64,000 nt of DNA from Chlamydiota bacterium (GTDB lineage Bacteria > Auribacterota > Tritonobacteria > UBA1439): assembly GCA_037133055.1 (NCBI GenBank), contig JBAXOY010000001.1, positions 32,236-96,235 of the forward strand, in the 5' to 3' direction. Shown in pieces: positions 49,299 to 58,416 of the stretch. The translations under genes were made by a program, and so were the position numbers. The notes below the pieces were generated by a model. The model made no database searches. It was given only the letters and a program-made list of their open reading frames with translations, and was not told where the DNA came from. Numbering within the stretch: the stretch's first letter is position 1; every line of letters begins with the position of its first letter.

Positions 49299-52200
49299 TG
49301 GGCACTGATCACGGCGGCGCGCTCGGGGGGATCGTCCGCTACTTCGCGGACTCGAAGCTCACCCCGCTCTTCATCATCGCCTCGCTCCTCATCGGCGCCT
49401 TCGCCGTCGCGAACCTCCCGCGGGAGGAGGAGCCGCAGATCTCCGTGCCGATGTTCGACATCCTCGTCTCCTACCCCGGGGCGAGCGCCAAGGAGATGGA
49501 GCAGCGGATCGTCAACCTCGGCGAGAGGAAGCTCTGGGAGATCACGGGGGTCGAATACATCTACTCGACCGTCGAGCCCGATCAGGCCCTCATCATCGTC
49601 AGGTTCAAGGTCGGCGAGGACCCGGAGAAGAGCCTGATCAAGCTCTACACGAAGGTCTACTCGAACCTCGACCTGATGCCTCCGGGGGCTTCCCAGCCGC
49701 TCATCAAGCCGCGCTCGATCGACGACGTGCCGGTCCTCGCCCTCACCTTTCACGGCGGCGGCCGCGACCCCCTCGTTCTCCGGAAGACCGTCGCGCGGGT
49801 GCGGCAGGAGGTGAGCGCCGTCCCGGACGTTTCCGAGACGGTCATCACCGGGGGCAGGAAGCGGCAGTTCCAGGTCTTCTTCGATGAGGCGAAGCTCGCC
49901 GAGCGCCTGATGAGCCCGCTTGAAATCGGCGCGCTCATACGGGGCACGAACGTCAGGCGCCCCGCCGGCCGCCTCGAGAGCCGGCCGAAGCTCATGGCGG
50001 TCGAGTCGAACGCGTTCTTCCGCTCGAAGGCCGATCTCGAGAACCTGGTCGTGGGCGTGAGCGCGGGCGGGAGCGTGCATGTGAAGGATGTGGCGCGCGT
50101 GGCGGACGGCCCCGACGAGGACGAGCGCTTCGTATCCATCCGGGGCGGCGCCGCGGCCCCGCCCGGAGAAAGGGCGGAGCAGGCGGCGGTGACCCTCTCG
50201 ATCTCGAAGCGGAGGGGGACGAACGCGACGCGGCTCTGCAGGCAGGTCCTCGCGAAGGTCGAGGCGCTCAAGGGAACCGCCATACCCCCCGGGATCGCGT
50301 ACACGGTGACCCGCGACTACGGCGAGACCGCCGCGGAGAAATCCAACGAGCTCCTCCTGCACATGGCGATCGCCGTGGTCGGGGTGAGCATCCTCATCGC
50401 GGTGTCGCTGGGCATCTACGAGTCGGGCGTGGTGGCGGTGGCGGTCCCCGTGACCCTCGCCCTCACCCTCGCCTCGTTCTACTTCATCGGCTTCACCCTG
50501 AACCGCATCACCCTCTTCGCCCTCATCTTCTCCATCGGGATCCTCGTGGACGACCCGATCGTGGACGTCGAAAACATCGTGCGCCATCTCCGGATGCCGT
50601 CGAGCAGGGGGCGTCCCATCCTCGACGTGACGGTCGAGGCGGTGAACGAGGTGCGGAGCCCCCTCATCCTGGCGACGCTCGCCGTGATCGCGGCGATACT
50701 GCCGATGGCGTTCGTGCGCGGATTGATGGGCCCGTATATGCGCCCCATCCCGATCGGGTCGAGCATGGCGATGGCGTTCTCCATGGCGGTCGCGTTCATC
50801 GTGACGCCCTGGTCCGCCCTGAGGATCATGGGGTGGGCGCTCCGCAGGGGGAGGCTCAAGGGCCACGGCCGCGAGGAGCGCGAGGACCTGCTCACGCGCC
50901 TCTACCGGACCTCGATGAAGCCGATCGTGACCCGTCCGCGGCCCCGGCGCTGGTTCCTTCGCGCCCTTGCCGCCATGCTCCTCGCCGCCGCGGCCCTCGT
51001 GCCGCTCAAATGCGTGAAGCTCAAGATGCTCCCGTTCGACAACAAGAACGAGTTCCAGGTCGTGCTCGATATGCCCGAGGGGACGCCCGCGGAGAAGACG
51101 CGGGCCGTGATCGGTGAGATCGCCGCCCTGTGCGCCGCGGTGCCCGAGGCGACCGATATCGAGACCTACGTCGGCGCGAGCTCCCCCTATAATTTCAACG
51201 GCCTCGTGCGCCACTACTTCATGCGGGACCGGCCCCACCAGGCGGACCTCCAGGTCAACCTCGTCGGGAAGGGCTCGCGGAAGCGGCAGAGCCACGCAAT
51301 CGCCGACAGCGTCAGGCCCGCCATCCACGGGATCGTGCGCCGGGCGGGCGGACACGTCCAGGTCGCCGAGGTCCCTACCGGGCCCCCGGTGCTCTCGACG
51401 CTCGTCCTCGAGATCTACGGGCCGACGGTCGAGGGGCAGATCGAGCTGGCGGGCGAGATCGAGGCGCTCCTCGCGCGCACCCCCGGCATCACGGACATCG
51501 GCGCCTACGTCCAGGCCGGGGAGCCCCTGGCCCGCCTTTCCATCGACACCGAGAAGGCCTCCCTGAACGGGATCGACGTCTCCTCCATCGCGAACACGGT
51601 CACCGCCGCCCTTGCGGGCCAGGCGGCCGACCTCGCCCGCCTGCCCGACGAGTACGAACCGGTGGAGATCCTCCTGCGGCTCCCGAAGGAAAAGCGGGCG
51701 ACGCTGGATGCCGTGAAGCGGATCAGGCTTCTTTCCCGCTTCGGGCAGATGATCCCGGTGGGGGACCTCACCGCGACGGAGCCCCTGGCAAGGGACCGCG
51801 CGATCTACCACAAGAACCTCATGCGCGTCCAGTACGTCATCGCCGACGTCACCGGGGACCTCGCGAGCCCGGCGTACGCCATCCTGAAGCTCCGCCGGCA
51901 GGTCGCCGGCCTCCCCATCCCCGGAGCGCGCCCGGGCGGCTTGCGCCGCCTCGCGCAGTATTTCACCATGCAGCCGCCGGCCGCCGGGGGGTGGGCGGTA
52001 AAGTGGGACGGGGAATGGCAGATCACCTACGAGGTCTTCCGGGACATGGGGATCGCGTTCGCGGCCGTGCTCATCCTCATCTACATCCTCGTCGTCGGCT
52101 GGTTCCGGTCGTTCAAGACCCCGCTCGTCATCATGATCCCGATCCCCCTCTCCCTCATCGGCATACTCCCGGCGCACTGGATGGCGGGGGTGTTCTTCAC

Positions 52201-52519
52201 GGCGACCTCCATGATCGGGCTCATCGCCGGCGCGGGGATCGTGGTGCGGAACGCGATCATCCTCGTGGACTTCATCGAGCTCAGGATCTCGCACGGGATG
52301 CCGATCGAGGAGGCCGTGATCGACGCGGGGGCGAAGCGGTTCCGCCCGATGCTCCTCACCGCGGCCGCGGTGATCGTGGGCTCGTCGGTCATCCTCTTCG
52401 ATCCCATCTTCCAGGGGCTCGCACTCTCGCTCATGGCGGGGGAGATCGCCTCAACCCTCCTGTCGAGGACGGCGGTGCCGGTCTTCTACTACCTGATGAT
52501 GCGGAAGAAGGCGGTCTGA
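49295..52519 (+). CDS. RND efflux transporter (AcrB/CzcA superfamily)
   Basis: 12-TM RND architecture with two large periplasmic loops. ATGA overlap with the upstream OMF gene. 240-aa upstream extension rejected. Confidence 0.85.
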   Translation: MMGTDHGGALGGIVRYFADSKLTPLFIIASLLIGAFAVANLPREEEPQISVPMFDILVSYPGASAKEMEQRIVNLGERKLWEITGVEYIYSTVEPDQALIIVRFKVGEDPEKSLIKLYTKVYSNLDLMPPGASQPLIKPRSIDDVPVLALTFHGGGRDPLVLRKTVARVRQEVSAVPDVSETVITGGRKRQFQVFFDEAKLAERLMSPLEIGALIRGTNVRRPAGRLESRPKLMAVESNAFFRSKADLENLVVGVSAGGSVHVKDVARVADGPDEDERFVSIRGGAAAPPGERAEQAAVTLSISKRRGTNATRLCRQVLAKVEALKGTAIPPGIAYTVTRDYGETAAEKSNELLLHMAIAVVGVSILIAVSLGIYESGVVAVAVPVTLALTLASFYFIGFTLNRITLFALIFSIGILVDDPIVDVENIVRHLRMPSSRGRPILDVTVEAVNEVRSPLILATLAVIAAILPMAFVRGLMGPYMRPIPIGSSMAMAFSMAVAFIVTPWSALRIMGWALRRGRLKGHGREEREDLLTRLYRTSMKPIVTRPRPRRWFLRALAAMLLAAAALVPLKCVKLKMLPFDNKNEFQVVLDMPEGTPAEKTRAVIGEIAALCAAVPEATDIETYVGASSPYNFNGLVRHYFMRDRPHQADLQVNLVGKGSRKRQSHAIADSVRPAIHGIVRRAGGHVQVAEVPTGPPVLSTLVLEIYGPTVEGQIELAGEIEALLARTPGITDIGAYVQAGEPLARLSIDTEKASLNGIDVSSIANTVTAALAGQAADLARLPDEYEPVEILLRLPKEKRATLDAVKRIRLLSRFGQMIPVGDLTATEPLARDRAIYHKNLMRVQYVIADVTGDLASPAYAILKLRRQVAGLPIPGARPGGLRRLAQYFTMQPPAAGGWAVKWDGEWQITYEVFRDMGIAFAAVLILIYILVVGWFRSFKTPLVIMIPIPLSLIGILPAHWMAGVFFTATSMIGLIAGAGIVVRNAIILVDFIELRISHGMPIEEAVIDAGAKRFRPMLLTAAAVIVGSSVILFDPIFQGLALSLMAGEIASTLLSRTAVPVFYYLMMRKKAV

Positions 52520-52620
52520 TCCGCTCCCCTCTTTCGGCTTGCCGCATTCTGCCGGGCGGGTATAATAGGGGTGCTGCACGGGCATTCCCGCCCGCGCACC
52601 CCACACCACGGGCGCCGCGC

Positions 52621-53455
52621 CATGTATCTCACGTACTACGGATTCCAGAAACACCCGTTCAACCTCACCGCCGACCCGAGCTTCCTTTTCCCGAGCCCCC
52701 AGCACCGGGAGGCGATGAGCTTCCTCTACTACGGCATCATGGGCAGGAAGGGGTTCCTGGCGATCACCGGCGAGGTCGGCACCGGGAAGACGACCCTCTG
52801 CCGCGCCCTCCTCTCGCAGCTCGACGACCGCGTGAAGACCGCCTTCATCCTCAACTCGAACCTCACCGAGTTCCAGCTCATCCACGCGGTCATCGAGGAT
52901 TTCGGCATCCCGATCTCCGGGAACAGCAGGATGAACCTGATGCGCGCCCTGAACGCATTTCTCATCGCGCAGGTGCGGGAGGGGAACAACGCGGTCTTGA
53001 TCATCGACGAGGCCCAGAACCTGAGCGCGGGGCAGCTCGAGCAGGTGCGCATGCTCTCGAATCTCGAGACCGCCGAGGAGAAACTCATCCAGATCATACT
53101 CGTCGGCCAGCCGGAACTCCGGAAAAAGCTCGATTCGAAATCGCTCCTCCAGCTCAGGCAGCGGATATCCATCCGGTTCCACCTCTCCCCGCTGCAGCGG
53201 GGAGAGATCGCCTCGTACATCGCGCACCGGCTGAGGGTGGCCGGAGGCGAGGGGCGGGTCGGGTTCGACAGGAAGTCGGTCGAGCTCGTCTACGAGTACT
53301 CGGGCGGCGTGCCGCGCCTCATCAACATGCTGTGCGACAAGGCGCTGCTCGCCGGGTTCGTGCTCGGCACCAGGTCGATCACGGCGAAGATCGTCAGGGC
53401 GAGCATCAGGGAGATCGAGGGGGAGCCGGAGCTCACGGCGGCGGCGACCGTGTGA
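52621..53455 (+). CDS. ExeA/GspA/MshM-like AAA ATPase
   Basis: GEVGTGKTT Walker A, IIDEAQNL Walker B. Family-typical length. Confidence 0.75.
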
Positions 53456-53547
53456 TACCCGGTAACTGCTCAGGAGCCAGAATTCAGGAGTCAGGAGTCT
53501 GACTACCTGAGGAGTAACGATTCTCGTATAATCCCGGACGGCAGATC

Positions 53548-54141
53548 ATGAGCATCATCTTCGAGGCGCTGAAAAAGATCGAGGAGGAGAAGAGGGATGA
53601 CCCGCTCGGCGGGCCCCCCGGCATCCTGAGCCTCGCCGGGGGAAAGTCAGCCGTGGAGCCCCGTCGGATCTCATGGGCGCGCGTCAACACCGCTGCGGCC
53701 GTCGTGGGGATCCCCCTCGTCATCCTGTCGGCGATCTATCTCCGGCCTCGCATGCCCGCCGCCACGGCAAAACCCCCGGCAGCGCCGCCCCCGCGCCACG
53801 CGGGCGCCACGGCATCGACGAAGCCGGCCATGGAGGAGGTCCGTCTGAAGCCGCGGAGCATCGTGCCCGCCGTTGAGGGATTCTCCCCGGAGACGCTCCA
53901 GCCCGCATCTCCGCCCCCGCCGGCCGCCGCTCCCCCACTGGCCGCCGCTCCCCCGCCGGCGGCCCAGCTCCCCGATTTTCACCTCAGGGGCTTGAGCCGC
54001 AGCGGCAGCCGGTCGTGGGCCTTCATCAACGACCGGATGGTGAAGGTCGGGGACACCGTCGAGGGGGCCGAGGTGGTGGAGATCCTGAGCGACCGCGTGA
54101 AGCTCAGAAACGGGGGCACGGTCTTCACCCTCACCTACTGA
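53548..54141 (+). CDS. GspB-like membrane-anchored proline-rich protein
   Basis: TM anchor, Pro/Ala-rich linker, and C-terminal WAFINDRMVKVGDTVEGAEVVEI… resembling the GspB C-terminus. Confidence 0.45.
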   Translation: MSIIFEALKKIEEEKRDDPLGGPPGILSLAGGKSAVEPRRISWARVNTAAAVVGIPLVILSAIYLRPRMPAATAKPPAAPPPRHAGATASTKPAMEEVRLKPRSIVPAVEGFSPETLQPASPPPPAAAPPLAAAPPPAAQLPDFHLRGLSRSGSRSWAFINDRMVKVGDTVEGAEVVEILSDRVKLRNGGTVFTLTY

Positions 54142-54267
54142 ATGCCCGGGGAACATCCCGTCCCGCCCCGCCGTTTCACCCTTCAGGGCACGCCGCATCG
54201 CGCCGCGCCCCCCTGCGCCGCGCCCCTCTTCTTCGGAGCCCCCGATTTTGCTATCATGGGTGCCGCC

Positions 54268-55767
54268 ATGAAGACCGTCCGCCGTTTTCCGACCGCAGCC
54301 GCGCTCGCGTGCCTCCTCGCGCTCGCGCCCCCCTTCGGGGCGCGCGCCCAGCAGGCCTCCGAGGACTGGCCCCTCTACCTCGAACGGGGGCACACGGACA
54401 GGCGCTGGGACGACTATGTCAAGAAGGGGCTTGACCTCTTCACCGCCGCCAGGATTCCCGAGTCGGCGAAGCAGTTCGGGAAGGCGATGTCCGCGGGCTG
54501 CGACGACGGCCTCGTCCTCTTCAGGCTCGCCGCCTGCACGTACATCACCGGCGACTACGCCCGCGCGGTCGAGCTCCTCGACACGGCGGTGCCCCTGATC
54601 GAATCGCGATACGGCGGCACGGTCTACACCGCTCAGGCCCGCAACCTGAAGGGGATCATCCTCGCGGACCAGGGAAAGCCCGCCGAGGCGGAGAAAGAGC
54701 TGAAGGCGGCGATCCGCGCCGCTCCCTCCCTTGCCGAGACGCACAACAACCTCGGGAAATTCTACACCGCGCAGGGCCGCCACGGAGAGGCGTATCTCGA
54801 GTTCGAGCAGGCGCTTCAGCTCGATCCCGGGGACGCCGCCGCGCGGCTGAACCTCGGGTTCCTCTACGAATCCGAGAAGAAGCACGACGAGGCCCTCGCC
54901 GAGTTCGATCGCGTGCTGCGCCTCCACCCCGACGAGTACCGTGCATGCTACGCCAAGGGACAGACCTTCGTCCGCATGGAGTTCATGGACGAGGCGATCG
55001 CGCAATTCCGCGAGACGGTGAAGCTGAAGCCCGACTTTTTCGACGGACACCTCGGCCTCGGGTATGCCTGCGCCGCCGCGCAGCAGTGGAGCGAGTCCGA
55101 GACCGCCCTTCTGAAGGCCGTCCGCCTCCAGCCGAAGAACCCGAAGGGGCACTACGCCCTCGGGCGCATGTACGCGCAGAAGGGCGACAACGCGCGCGCC
55201 ATCAAGGCCCTGCGCAAGGCGGTGAGCCTCGACCCGCTCTACTTCGATGGGCACCTCGCGCTCGGCGTCTCCTACGCGGAGGGGAAGGACTACGAGGCCG
55301 CCCTGAACGAGTTCACCAAGGCCTCAGAGCTCGACACGAAGTCGGCCGTCGCCCTCCGCCACCGCGGGCGGGCGTTCTTTTACCTGAACCAGTTCGGGGA
55401 AGCCCTGAAGGACCTCAACAGATCGCTCCAGATGGAGAAGGACAACCCCACCACCCTCCTCTTTCTCGGCTACAGCCACTGGAAGTTGAAGGACTACGAC
55501 CGCGCGCTGAAGGCATTGAAGAGGGCGGCGGCGGCGAGCCCCGCAAACGCGAACGTGCACCTCGCGCTCGGGGAGATCTACGAGGAGCAGGGGAAATCCG
55601 AGGATGCGATCGCGGAATACTCCCGGGTGGTCGAGCTCGTCCCCGGCGCCGCGGACGTCCAGTACAAGCTCGGCAAGCTTTACGATAAGGCGGGCAGGAA
55701 GGACGAGGCGTTCAAGGCGCTCCAGAAAGCGGGGCCGTACCTCGAGACGCTCGGCGGGACGCGGTAA
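54268..55767 (+). CDS. TPR-repeat protein (MshN-like), secreted
   Basis: Signal peptide MKTVRRFPTAAALACLLALA. At least 10 TPR units. Confidence 0.6.
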   Translation: MKTVRRFPTAAALACLLALAPPFGARAQQASEDWPLYLERGHTDRRWDDYVKKGLDLFTAARIPESAKQFGKAMSAGCDDGLVLFRLAACTYITGDYARAVELLDTAVPLIESRYGGTVYTAQARNLKGIILADQGKPAEAEKELKAAIRAAPSLAETHNNLGKFYTAQGRHGEAYLEFEQALQLDPGDAAARLNLGFLYESEKKHDEALAEFDRVLRLHPDEYRACYAKGQTFVRMEFMDEAIAQFRETVKLKPDFFDGHLGLGYACAAAQQWSESETALLKAVRLQPKNPKGHYALGRMYAQKGDNARAIKALRKAVSLDPLYFDGHLALGVSYAEGKDYEAALNEFTKASELDTKSAVALRHRGRAFFYLNQFGEALKDLNRSLQMEKDNPTTLLFLGYSHWKLKDYDRALKALKRAAAASPANANVHLALGEIYEEQGKSEDAIAEYSRVVELVPGAADVQYKLGKLYDKAGRKDEAFKALQKAGPYLETLGGTR

Positions 55768-55847
55768 GGGGACGGGTCTTCCCGGGAGGGGAGCTGAAAA
55801 ACCCCGCGCGGATCACTATCGGATGCACGGCAGGGAGGGTGTACACC

Positions 55848-56405
55848 ATGGCGAACGCAGTCGATCTCAGAAGGGGGGTGGCGATCCTGTACCAGGGAGC
55901 GCCGCATGTCATCACCGAGTACCAGCACGTCACGCCGGGAAACTGGCGCGCCTACGTGCAGGTTTCGATGCGCAATGTGAAGACGGGAAACTCGACGCAG
56001 GCGCGGTTCAGGACATCGGAGACCGTGGAGCTTGTCGATCTCGAGAGCCGCAAACTCCAGTACCAGTACCGCGACGGGGACGGCTACAACTTCATGAATC
56101 TCGAGGATTTCAGCACCGTCGTCCTTTCCCCCGCCGTCGTCGGCGAGGCCGCGCGGTATTTCAAGGAGGGCGACGAGATCAAGGGCCTCTTCCACGGCGA
56201 GGAGCCGATAGAGCTCGAACTCCCCACGAGCGTGGTGCTGAAGGTGGTGACGACCACGCCCGGCTTCAAGGGGGACTCGGTCAACAATCTTCAAAAGCCG
56301 GCGACGCTCGAGACGGGGTACGAGCTGAACGTGCCGCTCTTCATCAAGGAGGGGGAGATGGTCAAGGTGGACACGCGGACCGGGGGGTATCTGGGGAGGG
56401 AGTGA
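55848..56405 (+). CDS. efp: Elongation factor P
   Basis: Full-length three-domain EF-P similarity. GGGAGGG SD 7 nt upstream. Loop tip reads TPGNW rather than KPGKG. Confidence 0.85.
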   Translation: MANAVDLRRGVAILYQGAPHVITEYQHVTPGNWRAYVQVSMRNVKTGNSTQARFRTSETVELVDLESRKLQYQYRDGDGYNFMNLEDFSTVVLSPAVVGEAARYFKEGDEIKGLFHGEEPIELELPTSVVLKVVTTTPGFKGDSVNNLQKPATLETGYELNVPLFIKEGEMVKVDTRTGGYLGRE

Positions 56406-56407
56406 TT

Positions 56408-56433
56408 CAAATCCCAAAACCCAAATCCCAAAA
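56408..56433. repeat. (AAATCCC)~3 tandem repeat (locus f)
   Basis: CAAATCCCAAAACCCAAATCCCAAAAG. Begins 3 nt after the efp stop. Confidence 0.8.
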
Positions 56434-56505
56434 GAGGCTAAAAAGAACGGGGCCGTATGCACGTGGATGGCGCGCATGCGGCCCCGGATGCTTTTGAGCC
56501 CCTGT

Positions 56506-56584
56506 GGAGCCTGTCCAAGGTCCAAGTAATGGATCTCGACGCCAAGCCTCCGGGCCGCCGCCGGTTACTCGGACAGGCTCCTAG
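56506..56584. mobile_element. MITE-like palindromic element, copy 3 (79 bp)
   Basis: GGAGCCTGTCCAAGGTCCAAGTAATGGATCTCGACGCC…GGTTACTCGGACAGGCTCCTAG. Ends 2 nt before the dodecin stop codon. Confidence 0.6.
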
Positions 56585-56585
56585 C

Positions 56586-56813
56586 TCAGGCCTTCTTCAA
56601 CTCCTCGGGGCTCAGGAGCTTGAAGCCGATCTTCACCTTCACCTGGAACTCGCTCACCGTGCCGTTGTCGATGCGCCCGCCGAGCTTGTCGACCTCGAAC
56701 CAGCCCATCGCCTTGATGCTCTTCCCCGCCTCCTCGACCGCGCTCTTCGTGGCCTCGGCAAAGCTCTTCGGCGAGGTCCCGATGATCTCGATGACCTTGT
56801 ACGTCTTTGACAT
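56586..56813 (-). CDS. Dodecin-family flavin-binding protein
   Basis: MSKTYKVIEIIGTSPKSFAEATKSAVEEAGKSIKAMGWFEV…; 75 aa. GGGGGAG SD upstream. Confidence 0.6.
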   Translation of the reverse strand: MSKTYKVIEIIGTSPKSFAEATKSAVEEAGKSIKAMGWFEVDKLGGRIDNGTVSEFQVKVKIGFKLLSPEELKKA

Positions 56814-56890
56814 GGACTCCCCCTTTCCGCTGTTTCGCGCGTCTGCCCGGCGCCCCGGGAGAATAATGCTCCCGGCACTCCGCAGCCGCA

Positions 56891-57670
56891 TCACGCGAAG
56901 TAATCCGCGTGCGCATGTATGAACTTCATCGTATCGGCGAAGGCCTCGATGTCATGCGGCTCGAAGGTGTACACGGGCCTCATGGAAAGCCCCTTGATGA
57001 CCGCGAAGAACTCCGCGAAGTCGATTGTTCCCCTGCCCGGGGCGAGGTGGTAGTCCCAGTCGCCGTTGTTGTCCGTGATATGGACCTCTTCGATGCGCCC
57101 CGCCCAGCGCAGGAGCCACTCGGAGACCGGCGTCTTTCCGAAGACGTGATGATGCGCGACATCGAACAGGAGGCCCACGTTGTCCGCCCCCGCCGCCTCC
57201 ACCGCGTCGAGGATGAGATCCGGCGACAGCTCGAAGGTGTTCTCCACCAGGAGCCGGAGCCCCTTCCCCGCGGCCTCCCCCGCGATGGCGCGAAGCGAGG
57301 GGACGAACTGCGCGAAGTAGCGGTCCGCGAGGTCCCGCTTGTTGAGGATGTCGAAACCCGAGTGCACCACGATTGACTCGGCGCCGAGCGCCTCCGCGAA
57401 ATCGATCGACTGGCGGCAGCGGTGGAGCGTGACCTCGCGTATTTTCGGGTCGAAGGCGCCGAGCGCCATCTCCGATATCGGGCCGTGCACGCGGCGCCGG
57501 AGCCCCGCCGAATCGAGGAGCGCGCGGGCGGCCGATACGCGCGCCGGATCGAGGACCTCCAGGACATCCCCGTCGGCGAAGACCTCGGCGTTCACCCGCT
57601 GCTGGCGGGCAAGCTCCTCGTGCGCGAGGAGAAAATCAATCGGGACCGCGAAGAAGAAGGCCTGGTTCAC
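56891..57670 (-). CDS. Sugar phosphate isomerase/epimerase (xylose-isomerase-like TIM barrel)
   Basis: Family similarity (…VHSGF…LLVENT…HITDNNG…). GTG start assumed. Confidence 0.6.
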   Translation of the reverse strand: MNQAFFFAVPIDFLLAHEELARQQRVNAEVFADGDVLEVLDPARVSAARALLDSAGLRRRVHGPISEMALGAFDPKIREVTLHRCRQSIDFAEALGAESIVVHSGFDILNKRDLADRYFAQFVPSLRAIAGEAAGKGLRLLVENTFELSPDLILDAVEAAGADNVGLLFDVAHHHVFGKTPVSEWLLRWAGRIEEVHITDNNGDWDYHLAPGRGTIDFAEFFAVIKGLSMRPVYTFEPHDIEAFADTMKFIHAHADYFA

Positions 57671-57732
57671 AGATGCTATCCCCGTGCCCTTGGTTTGAGG
57701 TATAGTATAGCTGCACGCGACACCGCTGACAA

Positions 57733-58416
57733 ATGAAATGCCGAACGCTCCATCCCTGGAACCCCTGCGTGGCACGGGCCGTCGAAATCCAGCGGGAACT
57801 CCGCGAGAGGCTGGTCTCCACTCCTCCCCGCGAAGCCCCGCGCCTGGTCGCGGGCGCCGACGCCTCCTACCGGGATCGCGGCGGCATGTTCTTCGCCGCC
57901 GTGGTCGTCTTCTCGCTCAGGCCTTGGCGCCTGGTCGAGCAGGCGGCCGCGTGGGGGCGGGTCTCCTTCCCCTACATCCCCGGACTCCTGAGCTTCAGGG
58001 AGGCGCCCGTCCTTCTCCGCGCGTTCAAAAAGCTCAGGAGCACCCCGGACCTCATCATCTTCGACAGCCAGGGAATCGCCCACCCGCGCGGGATCGGGCT
58101 CGCCGCGCACATGGGCCTCCTGCTTGACACCCCCTCGATCGGGTGCGCCAAGAGCCGGCTCGTCGGCGCCTTCCGCCCCCCCGGCATGCGCGCGGGCTGC
58201 CGCACCGCCCTCATGTTCGACGGCGCGCGTGTGGGGACGGTCCTGAGGACGCGCGGGGGCGTCAAACCGGTCTTTGTCTCCCCCGGGCACCGGATGGACC
58301 ATGCGGGCGCCGCGCGATGGGTCCTCCGCTGCGTCCGCGGATTCCGCCTCCCCGAGCCGACCCGGCAGGCCCATATCCTGGTCAACGCGCTGCGGCGCGA
58401 GCGGACGGCGCCATGA
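57733..58416 (+). CDS. nfi: Endonuclease V
   Basis: VAGADASY…YIPGLLSFREAP…GIAHPRGIGLAAHMG… aligns with Nfi throughout. Confidence 0.8.
   Translation: MKCRTLHPWNPCVARAVEIQRELRERLVSTPPREAPRLVAGADASYRDRGGMFFAAVVVFSLRPWRLVEQAAAWGRVSFPYIPGLLSFREAPVLLRAFKKLRSTPDLIIFDSQGIAHPRGIGLAAHMGLLLDTPSIGCAKSRLVGAFRPPGMRAGCRTALMFDGARVGTVLRTRGGVKPVFVSPGHRMDHAGAARWVLRCVRGFRLPEPTRQAHILVNALRRERTAP

Noticed and set aside
47634-52294. Long minus-strand ORFs (47634..49295, 49193..52294) antisense to the TolC-like and RND genes
   Set aside because: High-GC artefacts. The plus strand encodes proteins with unmistakable OMF/RND architecture.
53671-55254. 527-aa minus-strand ORF antisense to the GspB-like and TPR genes
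   Set aside because: Low-complexity R/G/E-rich translation. The TPR gene on the plus strand has regular repeat structure.
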